A DNA stretch of 64,000 nt. Source: Fidelibacterota bacterium. GTDB lineage: Bacteria; Fidelibacterota; UBA8477; JABMPR01. The notes beneath the pieces were generated by a model. That model was given only the letters and a program-made list of their open reading frames with translations, ran no database searches and had not been told where the DNA came from. Numbering within the stretch: the stretch's first letter is position 1; each line of letters opens with the position of its first letter. The stretch lies in contig JAYEKW010000062.1 in assembly GCA_034716895.1 (NCBI GenBank), forward strand, positions 17,885-81,884. Direction: 5' to 3'. Shown in pieces: positions 27,240 to 37,736 of the stretch. The position numbers and the translations under genes are program-made.

Positions 27240-27914
27240 ATGAAAGTTCAAAAATTTATTGTTCGAATATTACTCGGGATGAGCCTGCTATTGTTTATGA
27301 GCTGTTTTGGGAACAATAGCGAATTGCTTCAGGAAAAGGACAAGGAGCTTGACCAACTTCGGGCGGAACTTGAGCAGTTGGATAAACAGCTGGAAGACGA
27401 GAACAAACAAGTTCAAAGGTTTAAAGATGAGCTTGAGAAAAAAAATGAGGATATTACTCAGGAGATACTACGAAGTCAGGCCTATAAAAAAGAAGTAGAA
27501 AAACTAGAAAAGGAACTGAGAGGGACCTTTGTTCTAAGTAATCGTATTCTATTGCCCAACTCAGTATTGTTTAAGTCGGGGAGCGCAGAGTTAAGCGAGA
27601 GAGGACAGCAATTTATTGCTGAAATTGGCGAGACTTTAAGTAGCCATCCACATCGGGAAATCCTAGTTGAGGGGCATAGTGATACGGTTCCAATTAGCTC
27701 AAAATATCGTTGGAAATATACCAGTAACTGGGAACTGTCTTCGGCTAGGGCGTTGGCTGTGCTTCATTATCTTCAGGATGAGGGGCAGATTGCTCCAAAA
27801 CGCTTAGGGGCAGTCTCATACGGAGAATACCACCCTATCACCAGTAATGCCAGATCAGCAGGACGGGCTCAAAATCGTCGGGTAGAAATTGTCATTGGGC
27901 GTCCGCTTAAATAG
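27240..27914 (+). CDS. OmpA-family lipoprotein with an N-terminal coiled coil
   Basis: Lipobox (LLFMSC), then a coiled coil, then a C-terminal OmpA-like domain (SNWELSSARALAV..., NRRVEIVI). Confidence 0.8.
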   Translation: MKVQKFIVRILLGMSLLLFMSCFGNNSELLQEKDKELDQLRAELEQLDKQLEDENKQVQRFKDELEKKNEDITQEILRSQAYKKEVEKLEKELRGTFVLSNRILLPNSVLFKSGSAELSERGQQFIAEIGETLSSHPHREILVEGHSDTVPISSKYRWKYTSNWELSSARALAVLHYLQDEGQIAPKRLGAVSYGEYHPITSNARSAGRAQNRRVEIVIGRPLK

Positions 27915-28110
27915 TTAGTAACAGCTTCGAGCGCTCCACGGTTGTCTCAAAAACCCTAAAAGCCGTCTCAAAGTCAACGTGTCATCGTTTTAGACAATTT
28001 GAGACAGGTCGGATCATTTACAAAATTTTCCGAGCTACTTTTCTCCAACTGATTGTAGTAGCGGTTTATTTTTTCGGATCTCAAGCTTCTTATTTTGCCA
28101 TTAAAATGTG

Positions 28111-28183
<73 letters not shown>

Positions 28184-28430
28184 ATTAAATTTTCAAGCTA
28201 TCCTTTCAGCTAAATCTGATTCTTCGCATCTCGACTCCACTCGATGTGACGATTAAGGATATATTTCAAAATTCTACAGTTTGCAATCTTGCCTGTGTTT
28301 AAAAAAGCTGGTGAATATAGAATTTGCCACATGCTGCTGCAAGTCTTGAGGAAAATGTTAGTTTGTTTTCACTTAATTGGCAGCAATTTTGTTGCTTAAG
28401 AATACTAATGACACGCAAGGGGAAAATAGA

Positions 28431-31400
28431 ATGCATCTGAATATCCGTAAAACATCAATAGTCGTTTTATTCCTAATAGCTGCGATCAGCCAGGTCAACG
28501 CTTTGGAACTGACTTTTCAAAATGATAAAACTGAAATTCGGCTTAGCCAATTAGATCAGAATACAGCTAAATTTGAAATAAGTATTCAGAACATCTCGAT
28601 CGAAGCCATCACCTTACCACAAGGGGAGTTCACCCAGCTCAATATACCCGGATTTCACCGCACTCTGGAAACAGGCGTCCCGCAACTGCCCAGTATGAAC
28701 CGTCTCATCGAATTGCCTCAGGGCGATAATTTTCAAGTTTCACTGATCTATTCAGAAACAGAGACCCTCAATTTGCGAGCATTAGGCTTTGATGCGCCCG
28801 TTTTTCCAGCTCAACCTTCCCTGGCCAAAAATATTGATCCCAACACCGTCCCCTTTCTTATGAATGATGATCTTTACACAGAAGATAATTATCTGGATCA
28901 AGAGCAACTCCAGCTGGACATGCTGGGACAAATGCGAGATGCCAATATTGGACTGCTGAAAATTCAGCCTGTTGAGTATAATCCGGTGACTGGTGAATTA
29001 CGGATACATCATCGACTTAAGCTCCAAATCGACCTCTCTCAGTCTGATTGGCCATTAACCCAGACCAGAAAATCTCAAAAACAAACCGCTGTCTTTTCAG
29101 TATTGCATCGCCAGATCACTTCCCTGGTTCAGCAAGATGGTGTTCGTGAAGATCTGGTCACAGCACCGATCAAAATGGCTATTGTTGCTCACAGCATGTT
29201 CAGCGACGCCCTCCAACCATTTATCCAATGGAAACAGCGGCAAGGCTATACCATCATTGAAGGTTATCTGGGAGAAGGTGACCTGGGAAGCACTTCTACA
29301 TCGATTGAAAACTGGCTGACAGACCTATATAATGGCGGAACGGCTGAAGACCCGGCCCCCAGTTTCGTTCTCCTGGTTGGAGACCGGGCTCAAGTACCGG
29401 CACCCAATGGAAATCACGGATCCCATGTAACGGATCGATATTACGCAGAGGTGACGGGTGACATGCTTCCCGATATGTATTTGGGACGTTTTCCTGCTGC
29501 TTCGGTCAGTCAGCTGGAAGCTATGATCGCTAAGACCCTCATGTATGAGCAATACACAATGACCGACCCCAGCTATTTGGGCGAAGTGGTTATGATCGCC
29601 GGTATGGACGGTACCTTCGGTCCTACTCACGGTAACGGTCAGATCAATTATGGCACGCAGCATTATTTTAATCCCGAACATGGGATTCTTTCGCATACCT
29701 ATCTTTATCCGGTCTCTGGTTCCAGTGCCGCAGCCATCAGAGCGGATTTGTCAGCAGGAGTCGCTTTTGCTAATTATACTGCACACGGAAGCGCCACTAC
29801 CTGGCATGACCCCTATTTATCTATTTCTAATGTCAATGCCTTGACCAACAGCCAGGCATATTTCACCGCCATTGCCAATGCCTGTCTTACTGCAAAATTT
29901 GACACACCTGAATGCATTGGCGAAGCCTTTCTCAGGGCTCCTGACAAAGGAGCCATTGGCTACATCGGCGGTACCAACAGCACATATTGGGATGAAGATT
30001 ATTATTGGGGTGTTGGAAATGGTCCCGTAGTACCATCAGGTGCCACCTATGAACAAACCAGCTGGGGCATGTATGATGGTCTGTTTCATGATCATGGTGA
30101 ACCGGAATCAGAATGGACCATCACCAATTCCGCCATGGTCTATCGTGGCAATCTGGCTGTCACCGAAAGTTCGTCTTCCCGAGCCAATTATTATTGGGAA
30201 ATTTACCAGTTGTTTGGGGATCCCTCTCTTATGACCTATATGGGTGTCCCTGAAACTGCAAGTGTCAGTGTTCCAGATGCAGTTGTCATGGGCAGCAGTG
30301 AAATTGTTATTTCAGCGCCTCCATTTTGCTATGCTTCACTGAATATCAATAATGCAAATATCACAGCTGTGCAAGTTGATGGCATGGGGAATGCCACATT
30401 GTTCTTTGATCCCACTGACCTGATACCAGGTGTCGCTGAACTAGTGGTTACCGGGCAAAATCTGCAACCCTGGTTTGGGGAGATCAATATCATTACGCCA
30501 GATGGTGCCTACCTTATTGTAGATCATATCATACTGGACGATTCACCACAGGGCAATGGTAATGGACAGGCTGATTTTGGTGAAACATTGGATATCTATT
30601 TTACCCTTCATAATGTTGGTGTTGATACGGCGTATAATGTCATTGGTGATCTGAGTACCTGGGATCCCTATGTAACCACTCTGATACAAGCGGCTCAAGT
30701 GGATCTCTTGGCACCTGATTCTACAGTTGCCCAGGGACCCTTCACGATCATGGTCGGATCAGATTGTCCGGATAACCATCTGGCTGAGTTATCTCTTTCG
30801 CTGATGGCTGGTCTGGGACAGTGGACAGCAGATTTTGAGCTTCTGCTACGGGCTCCCCATGTGGTGATGAGCGATATCCTCGTGAATGATGATGATAATC
30901 ACCGACTGGATATTGGTGAAAGCACTATTTTGACCCTATCAATGGAGAACCAGGGAGGCAGCGATCTTTCTACCCTCCAGGTGACCCTCTCTTCTGATGA
31001 TGGATACATCACGTTGCCAGATGCTCCAGTAATTCTATATGATCTGCTGAGTAGTGAGTTACAGGTGGCAGATTTTGCTATTTCTGTTATTCCAGCCACC
31101 CCGGTAGAGCATAACATTACCTTTAACTGGCTGGCAACCGGGGATCTGGGATATACTGCCCAGGGACAATTCAGGTTAGTAGCCGGTCTTATTGTAGAAG
31201 ATTTTGAAAGTGGTAATTTTTCGGCTTTTGATTGGGAATTGGCAGGTCACGTAGATTGGCTGGTTCAATCCCAAGATGTTTTCGAAGGTAACTATGCAGC
31301 CTACTCAGGCAATGTTGGTGATAGTCAGAATGCTGAACTCAGTCTCATTCTGGATGTAACTGAACCAGGTGATCTTTCCTTCATGTACAAGGTCTCTTCC

Positions 31401-31865
31401 GAATCCAGTACATCAGGATATTATGATGGACTTAAATTTTTCATGGATGGGGCGCTTGTGGAACAATGGCAGGGCGAAATATCATGGACAGAAGCAAGCT
31501 ATGCGGTGACCCCTGGATTGCATGAATTCAGCTGGAAATATGAAAAAGACGGATCCGTTTCTCACGGAAGTGACTGCGCCTGGATCGATTTTGTGATCAT
31601 GCCACCCACTTCAAGTTCCGGTGGCGGTTTGGGTGACCTTAACTCAGACGGACAGGTCAATATCCAGGATGTTGTCCGTTTGGTCAATATCATTTTAGGT
31701 CAAGGGGCTGAGCCCACCGATCTGGAATTATTTTATGCCGATCTAAATGGTGATGATAGGGTAGATATTGGAGATCTCGTTTCCATGGTGAATATCATTA
31801 TTGGCGGGAATCAAACTGTGGCAGTGGAGCTCATAAACAAAAGTGCTGAAATTCGAATCAAATAG
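28431..31865 (+). CDS. Secreted gingipain-like cysteine peptidase (peptidase family C25) with a C-terminal dockerin-type Ca-binding repeat pair
   Basis: Has a signal peptide (MHLNIRKTSIVVLFLIAAISQVNA). The C25 catalytic region includes ANYTAHGS (His) and AIANACLTAKFD (Cys). Ig-like middle domains follow. The C-terminus DLNSDGQVNIQDVVRLVNIILG...DLNGDDRVDIGDLVSMVNIIIG is dockerin-like. Confidence 0.75.
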   Translation: MHLNIRKTSIVVLFLIAAISQVNALELTFQNDKTEIRLSQLDQNTAKFEISIQNISIEAITLPQGEFTQLNIPGFHRTLETGVPQLPSMNRLIELPQGDNFQVSLIYSETETLNLRALGFDAPVFPAQPSLAKNIDPNTVPFLMNDDLYTEDNYLDQEQLQLDMLGQMRDANIGLLKIQPVEYNPVTGELRIHHRLKLQIDLSQSDWPLTQTRKSQKQTAVFSVLHRQITSLVQQDGVREDLVTAPIKMAIVAHSMFSDALQPFIQWKQRQGYTIIEGYLGEGDLGSTSTSIENWLTDLYNGGTAEDPAPSFVLLVGDRAQVPAPNGNHGSHVTDRYYAEVTGDMLPDMYLGRFPAASVSQLEAMIAKTLMYEQYTMTDPSYLGEVVMIAGMDGTFGPTHGNGQINYGTQHYFNPEHGILSHTYLYPVSGSSAAAIRADLSAGVAFANYTAHGSATTWHDPYLSISNVNALTNSQAYFTAIANACLTAKFDTPECIGEAFLRAPDKGAIGYIGGTNSTYWDEDYYWGVGNGPVVPSGATYEQTSWGMYDGLFHDHGEPESEWTITNSAMVYRGNLAVTESSSSRANYYWEIYQLFGDPSLMTYMGVPETASVSVPDAVVMGSSEIVISAPPFCYASLNINNANITAVQVDGMGNATLFFDPTDLIPGVAELVVTGQNLQPWFGEINIITPDGAYLIVDHIILDDSPQGNGNGQADFGETLDIYFTLHNVGVDTAYNVIGDLSTWDPYVTTLIQAAQVDLLAPDSTVAQGPFTIMVGSDCPDNHLAELSLSLMAGLGQWTADFELLLRAPHVVMSDILVNDDDNHRLDIGESTILTLSMENQGGSDLSTLQVTLSSDDGYITLPDAPVILYDLLSSELQVADFAISVIPATPVEHNITFNWLATGDLGYTAQGQFRLVAGLIVEDFESGNFSAFDWELAGHVDWLVQSQDVFEGNYAAYSGNVGDSQNAELSLILDVTEPGDLSFMYKVSSESSTSGYYDGLKFFMDGALVEQWQGEISWTEASYAVTPGLHEFSWKYEKDGSVSHGSDCAWIDFVIMPPTSSSGGGLGDLNSDGQVNIQDVVRLVNIILGQGAEPTDLELFYADLNGDDRVDIGDLVSMVNIIIGGNQTVAVELINKSAEIRIK

Positions 31866-31877
31866 GAAAGCGTGTGA

Positions 31878-33080
31878 TCAAGGGCTTGTTGGAATATAGA
31901 CATAGCTATCAGCGTTTTTTTCTGCTTTGATCACTACTGTCAGACCAGTAGGATCCTGTCCTTTTAAATACGTATCAAAAAAGTAAACCGTGCTACGCCT
32001 GATAAGACTATTTAGCCTTATGGGATCCCGGGTGGCAGTGTATCCGATATAGAGTGAAAAAGGGGTAAAGAGGGGCATGTCTGTATAATCAGTGTGTTGA
32101 GTACCGGGAATTAGCAATTTAAAGATCGCCCCACTGCTATTAGCCAACAAGCGGTCCATCCGTTGATAATTTATTGGATCGCCCCATTCCTTTTGTCCCA
32201 GATGAAAGATCGGTTGATCAACACCCTGTGAGATCACTGTATCCGGAACCGGAATGTACCAGCCATCCAAAACCATAATAGCCCCGATTCTTGGATCGAT
32301 AGCTGCTGCATTAACAATGGCAGCTCCGCCCAAAGAATGGCCGATCACACCAATTCTACTAAAGTCATAAGGAAGCCCGTTGAGGAATGATCTGGAGTCA
32401 CCAGCATTGACCTTATCCAGGATAAAACTCAGATCTTCAACGATGATTGAAAGTTGGCTGAGATCAATATTTTCCAACCGATCTCCCTTTAGTACGCGAC
32501 GTTTACCTGCTCGATATTCAGCCGTTTCTCCGTTTTCAAAGATTGTGATATTGGCTTCATAACTATGATCAGCGGCAAAGACCACATAGCCCTGGCTGGC
32601 TAATTCTTCCATGAGGGAGGTGTTTTGGAAGCGCATTCCACTCAATCCATGGGAAAAGAGGACTACCGGGAAGACAGTCTGGAATTCATTTATGTGAACT
32701 GCAGTATCGGAATGGGTCTTTACTCTATCAAAGTGCTTGAAGAGTACGACTGGAAGTCTCAACTGTTTGGCAATTGCCGGTAGACGGTGGACCGGGTCAT
32801 CGATATACAGGTTGGGAACCCCCCTATTTGTTTCCTTGGTTGGATACCAGACCTGTACCACAATTCTGCGGTAATCCTGTTCTTTGGTAAAGGTCTCCTC
32901 CCGGGAACTATCAGTCCAGGTAACTGTCCGAGTTGCCACGTAGTAGGAGCCAGTCGGCTCAGGCAGGTCAGCAAAAGGAGCAATCACAGGGAAGACCACA
33001 GAGCAATTTCCCAGGAAAATCAGACCCAGAAAAAAGGGGATTAAAAAAAATATGTGACTGAATCGGATGCTGATCAACAT
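31878..33080 (-). CDS. Secreted alpha/beta-hydrolase of the PAF-acetylhydrolase-like lipase family
   Basis: Has FSHGLSG (oxyanion) and GHSLGG (nucleophile elbow), plus an N-terminal signal/TM. Confidence 0.7.
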   Translation of the reverse strand: MLISIRFSHIFFLIPFFLGLIFLGNCSVVFPVIAPFADLPEPTGSYYVATRTVTWTDSSREETFTKEQDYRRIVVQVWYPTKETNRGVPNLYIDDPVHRLPAIAKQLRLPVVLFKHFDRVKTHSDTAVHINEFQTVFPVVLFSHGLSGMRFQNTSLMEELASQGYVVFAADHSYEANITIFENGETAEYRAGKRRVLKGDRLENIDLSQLSIIVEDLSFILDKVNAGDSRSFLNGLPYDFSRIGVIGHSLGGAAIVNAAAIDPRIGAIMVLDGWYIPVPDTVISQGVDQPIFHLGQKEWGDPINYQRMDRLLANSSGAIFKLLIPGTQHTDYTDMPLFTPFSLYIGYTATRDPIRLNSLIRRSTVYFFDTYLKGQDPTGLTVVIKAEKNADSYVYIPTSP

Positions 33081-33132
33081 GCGAACAAAGTAGTCAGTAC
33101 TGATCCAGCTGGAAATATTTATCTCAGAAGGG

Positions 33133-34632
33133 TTGTCCTGCGTGATAGCCGTTCAGGTACCTCAAATATTTTATGATTCGAAGTGTCTTGGAGTCTTTGT
33201 GACAATTGATTTCCGATTATCTTCAATGCGTATGATTAGTCGAATTCCCAAGAATATTCTCAGCGTCCTGCATGCTGCCGGTCGTTTGGCTCAAGAGTCA
33301 GATCTGGAATGCTATACTGTGGGTGGCTTTGTCCGGGATCTTATTCTTAATGTTCCCAGTAAAGATGTGGATATTATGGTCATAGGCGATGGTGTGGCCT
33401 TTGCCCGGAAATTAGGGAAGCATCTTGAGGTGCCTGAAATAGTTGAGTACGGGGAATTCGGGACAGCTCTGATTCCCTATGGTGAATTTCTGATCGAAGT
33501 GGCTTCGGCTCGTACTGAAACTTACGAAGCTGATTCCCGGAAACCCAAGGTGGTATATACCGACCTTAAAGGCGATCTCAGTCGACGAGATTTCACGGTG
33601 AATGCCATGGCTCTGAACCTTGCTCCAGATCATTTTGGTGATCTGATAGATGAATACGGAGGAATTCAGGATATCCAGGATAAGATCTTGCGGACACCCC
33701 TGGATCCCGTAAAAACCTTCGATGATGACCCCTTGCGCATGATGCGAGCAGCTCGTTTTTCAGCTCAATTGGAATTCGATCTGGTGCCGGAAGCTTTGGA
33801 AGCCATGCAGGGTTTGGTGGAGAGGATCAAGATCGTTTCACAGGAACGGGTGACGGATGAGTTGATCAAAACACTGAGAACTAAAGTGCCATCAATTGGT
33901 TTTTATGTGATGCAGGCTGCTGGTCTGCTTCCGTTGGTTTTTCCAGAGATCGCTGTATTGGGGGGCGTAGAAGATCGCGATGGACAAAGTCACAAGGATG
34001 TTTTTCACCATACTTTGAAGGTGGTGGACAATACAGCAGAACGCACGGATAAAATGCAGTTGCGTTTTGCTGCTCTGGTGCATGATATTGGAAAACCAGC
34101 GACCAAAAAATTCATTCCTGGTACAGGCTGGAGTTATCATGGTCATGAAGAACTGGGTCGTATGATGCTCAAGGAAATTGGTCCGCGTCTGCGTCTTTCG
34201 CGCAAGTTAACTGCTTATCTGAAACGGATGACTCGACTTCACCTAAGACCCATCGCTCTGGCTCAGACTGAGGTCACTGATTCTGGAATTCGCAGACTCA
34301 TTGTGGAAGCTGGAGAAAATCTGGATGACCTGATGATTTTAGTACGAGCTGATGTTACCTCCAAGGATCCCCGTCGCGTAAAACGTTATTATGGTAATTT
34401 CGATCGGGTCATGGAACGGATTGAAGTAGTTGTGGAGAAGGATGCTTTACGCGCTTTTCAGTCGCCCCTGCGTGGAAATGAGATCATCGAATTGTTGGGT
34501 ATACCACCGGGTCCTGTAATTGGTCGCATTAAAACAGCGATTGAGGAAGCGATCCTGGATGGTGAGATTCCCAACGAGTATGAAGCCGCGAAAGCATATT
34601 TTTTTAAGATTAAAAACGATTTTCTGGACTAG
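33133..34632 (+). CDS. cca: CCA-adding tRNA nucleotidyltransferase / poly(A) polymerase family with an HD domain
   Basis: Head domain GGFVRDLIL..DVDIM, RDFTVNAMA, and HD motif LVHDIGKP. The start is probably an internal Met near 33226. Confidence 0.8.
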   Translation: MSCVIAVQVPQIFYDSKCLGVFVTIDFRLSSMRMISRIPKNILSVLHAAGRLAQESDLECYTVGGFVRDLILNVPSKDVDIMVIGDGVAFARKLGKHLEVPEIVEYGEFGTALIPYGEFLIEVASARTETYEADSRKPKVVYTDLKGDLSRRDFTVNAMALNLAPDHFGDLIDEYGGIQDIQDKILRTPLDPVKTFDDDPLRMMRAARFSAQLEFDLVPEALEAMQGLVERIKIVSQERVTDELIKTLRTKVPSIGFYVMQAAGLLPLVFPEIAVLGGVEDRDGQSHKDVFHHTLKVVDNTAERTDKMQLRFAALVHDIGKPATKKFIPGTGWSYHGHEELGRMMLKEIGPRLRLSRKLTAYLKRMTRLHLRPIALAQTEVTDSGIRRLIVEAGENLDDLMILVRADVTSKDPRRVKRYYGNFDRVMERIEVVVEKDALRAFQSPLRGNEIIELLGIPPGPVIGRIKTAIEEAILDGEIPNEYEAAKAYFFKIKNDFLD

Positions 34633-34837
34633 ACCAGGATTTGATCCTTGTCTGGATGAAAATAGTTGTAATTTCTCATGCAGTTTTGAAGTCCAATTGG
34701 TATAAGTACTTGCAGAGAAAAAAAGTCAAACTCAAGCATAATTCTTCAATGAATTGCCGTCATGGCAATACATATTAAAAGGTTATGGATCATAAAGTTG
34801 TAATATGGCAATGATATCAAAGTTAGGGTAGTTAAGA

Positions 34838-36232
34838 ATGCTTAGGTCTGAAATTGACAATTCAATCAATAAATTAATTAGGTCTATTGAAGAGTGTGAG
34901 CTGGTTGAGGTCTTCACTGCAATTTTGGAGAATGAGGGCGAGACGAATCCAACAGTTGCGCTTCATTCTTTTAGCAAATTTCTGGAAATAACCCAGTCGT
35001 ATAATGCCTTTGAGCATAAGCTGTTAAAGATGTTTGAGTTGGAAAAGCTCAAAGATACTGCCTTTTGGGCAGCAATATTAAAACCGGACGGCCAGGATCT
35101 TAAGCGGGATATTGAAAAAGTTTGTGCTTCGATCAGATTTACGCTTGATTACCTCCCAAAAGTCCTCTCGCTAACTGGAGAGAATTTAGAAAAGATCACA
35201 TCAACAGCAGTAGAAGAGGGTAAAAAAAGTGGACTGCAATACGTAAGGTTATCGGTTGTGGTGATCGAGGAACAGGAGCTTTCATCACCCAAACGTCTAA
35301 TATTGATGTTAGAAGCGATTCAGGGACTATACGAAGTTGTGGGGCGAATTAAGAATTTGCCAGTGCGTGATCTGATTGTCACAGCATGTGATTCAGGTAA
35401 TGACAAAAAGTTTGATTTTCTAGGATCATCTGAGGCTATTGAGGGCGTAAAAGCCATCATTCTCAGTTTATGGGATGGCATCATGTTCTACAGAGATGAC
35501 AAGACGGGCAAACAAATCGAACTTATTGCTCAATCATTGCCAGTATTAGATGAGATCAATGATCTGGAAAAGACTGGCGCTTTTGGGCAGGAAGAAGCAG
35601 AGATTCTTAGACGGCGGACAATTCTATCTGTAAATAAGTTTTCACAAGCAGGAGTAACCATTCCTGAGATGGAGGATTTTACCAGATATGACCCGCGGGA
35701 GCTAATGCGTCCTGATCAAAAAATCTTGACAGCATCCAGTGAACTTGAGACATCTTCTGAACAGGAGAAATTCGCTGAACAAGTCGAGTCACCCGAACCT
35801 GCAGCGCGTGTTGAGTCGGATGGATTCGCTGAGCAAGTTGATCAACCTGAACCGGTTGCATCTGTCAAACCTGAGGAGTCAGTTGAATTAGATGACTTTA
35901 CCGCACCTGCCGCTCCGACTCAGCCAGAGCAATCACTTGAATTGGTGGACTTCACTGAATCGGATGAAACCGATGAGTTAGTGGATTTTGCCAAGCCTGA
36001 GACATCGGCTCAATCGGATGAAGCAGCTGAGTTGGTGGACTTCACTGAACCTGCTGATTCTCCCGAGCAGGAAGAAGCAACTGAATCAGATGATTCTCCT
36101 GAATCCACACCAGAATCAACCAAAGAAAAACAGTCCATTGCCCCAGTGGAAAGTGACTCTGATGAGGATAGTATCTTTAAGCGTATGGCTGCAGGCTATT
36201 TAGAGGCAAATCGCAAGACAACAAAAAAGTAG
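34838..36232 (+). CDS. Hypothetical protein with an acidic C-terminal tandem-repeat region
   Basis: 464 aa. The C-terminus carries ~4 imperfect repeats of ...E(L)VDFTEP..(S)DE.... Confidence 0.5.
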   Translation: MLRSEIDNSINKLIRSIEECELVEVFTAILENEGETNPTVALHSFSKFLEITQSYNAFEHKLLKMFELEKLKDTAFWAAILKPDGQDLKRDIEKVCASIRFTLDYLPKVLSLTGENLEKITSTAVEEGKKSGLQYVRLSVVVIEEQELSSPKRLILMLEAIQGLYEVVGRIKNLPVRDLIVTACDSGNDKKFDFLGSSEAIEGVKAIILSLWDGIMFYRDDKTGKQIELIAQSLPVLDEINDLEKTGAFGQEEAEILRRRTILSVNKFSQAGVTIPEMEDFTRYDPRELMRPDQKILTASSELETSSEQEKFAEQVESPEPAARVESDGFAEQVDQPEPVASVKPEESVELDDFTAPAAPTQPEQSLELVDFTESDETDELVDFAKPETSAQSDEAAELVDFTEPADSPEQEEATESDDSPESTPESTKEKQSIAPVESDSDEDSIFKRMAAGYLEANRKTTKK

Positions 36233-36464
36233 GCTAGTAATCCTTCTGGAGCATTCTGATACCTCGCCCGAGGTGCTCTTGAAGCATGACACATAACGCC
36301 CCTCATAAATCAAAATAACAAGTCAGGTTGTGCTGTCTCATGAAATATGTGGGCAAAATGGTATTTCATCATCCCGGTGTGACGAGGAGTGTTTTTTTCA
36401 GCAACAAATGCTTTGTGTGTCCTGCGACCTCTGTGGTTGAAAAAAGTTCTTGCAAAACCAGTTG

Positions 36465-36496
36465 TGTTGGTGTTATAGTAATGTAGAACACCAATA
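36465..36496. promoter_or_regulatory. Inverted repeat TGTTGGTGTT-N12-AACACCAATA overlapping the gntR promoter; candidate autoregulatory operator
   Basis: 9/10 inverted repeat, 15-45 bp upstream of the GntR start. Confidence 0.35.
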
Positions 36497-36510
36497 GAGG
36501 TGAAAGAACT

Positions 36511-36879
36511 ATGAATTTTGATCAAAAAACACCGATCTACCAACAGCTGGCTGAGTCTATTCGCCAGGATATACTCGCAGGGACGCTACCAGAGGGGATT
36601 GCAATTCCCTCCATCCGGCAGATCTCAAGTGAGTATAGCCTGAACCCCCAGACCGTATTAAATGCCACTCAATTATTAATTCAGGAGGGTCTCTTGGAAA
36701 AACGCAGAGGATTGGGCTTGTTTGTACAAAAGAATGCCCCCAAACAGCTCAGCAGGATTGCCTGTGAACGGTTTAAGAATGAAACTATTCAAGCATTGAT
36801 AGAAGAGGCTCAGCTGCTTTCCATATCAGAGAAAGATCTGATCAAACTCATTCAGAAAAATTATGGAGAGGAAGTCTAA
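36511..36879 (+). CDS. GntR-family transcriptional regulator, YtrA-like short subfamily
   Basis: 122 aa. Winged HTH TPIYQQLAESIRQDILAGTLPEGIAIPSIRQISSEYSLNPQTVLNATQLLIQEGLL. The stop overlaps the ABC ATPase start. Confidence 0.85.
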   Translation: MNFDQKTPIYQQLAESIRQDILAGTLPEGIAIPSIRQISSEYSLNPQTVLNATQLLIQEGLLEKRRGLGLFVQKNAPKQLSRIACERFKNETIQALIEEAQLLSISEKDLIKLIQKNYGEEV

Positions 36880-37736
36880 TGTCTGCACTGATCGAGTTAA
36901 AGAATATTGGTAAAACCTATGGAAAGCTGCAGGCACTGGATGGGGTGAGCCTGGAGATTCCTGCTGGTCGTATTGTCGGCCTGGTAGGACCCAACGGAGC
37001 CGGGAAGACCACGCTTCTGCGGGCACTGACCGGTGAGTTGGATTATACAGGAAGTGCCAAGGTTTTAGGCTATGAACCCCGTTCCCACAGAGCACAGCTC
37101 ATGCTTAAAACAGGCGTGATTCAGGATATCTCAGTTTTACCCTCCTGGATGAAAGTTAGTGAACTTCTGGCATTCATGGTTGGAATACACCCCAATTTTG
37201 ATTGGAACAAAGCGGAAGCCTTTCTAAAAACCACCACCATTCCCATGGAAAAAAAGATTAAAACACTCAGTAAGGGAATGAAAACCCAACTGCATCTGGC
37301 AATTACTTTGGCCACCGATACTAAACTATTGATCCTGGATGAACCCACTCACGGCCTGGATATTCTATTTCGAAAACAACTCTATAGCAGTGTGCTGGAG
37401 GATTATTTCGATGAAGAAAAATCCATATTGATTTCTACTCACCAGATCGAAGAAGTGGAGCATATCCTCAGTGATGTTATCTTTATTAATAAGGGGAAGA
37501 TCCTCTTGTACGCCAGTATTGAAGAACTGGGAGAGCGCTTTACGCAATTGACCATTCCTGCTGACCAGGCGGATGAACTCCGTGAAAAACTGAAACCAAT
37601 GAGTGAATATGGTATTCTCGGATCACGGGTCTTTTTATTGGAGCATGCTGATCAAAAAGCGTTAGTGAATCAGGGTGATATTCAAACACCCTCTGTGGCA
37701 GATATTTTTGTAGCGCTCATGGGAGGTGCAGCATGA
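36879..37736 (+). CDS. ABC transporter ATP-binding protein
   Basis: Walker A GPNGAGKTT, signature LSKGMK, and Walker B LLILDEP. Confidence 0.9.
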   Translation: MSALIELKNIGKTYGKLQALDGVSLEIPAGRIVGLVGPNGAGKTTLLRALTGELDYTGSAKVLGYEPRSHRAQLMLKTGVIQDISVLPSWMKVSELLAFMVGIHPNFDWNKAEAFLKTTTIPMEKKIKTLSKGMKTQLHLAITLATDTKLLILDEPTHGLDILFRKQLYSSVLEDYFDEEKSILISTHQIEEVEHILSDVIFINKGKILLYASIEELGERFTQLTIPADQADELREKLKPMSEYGILGSRVFLLEHADQKALVNQGDIQTPSVADIFVALMGGAA

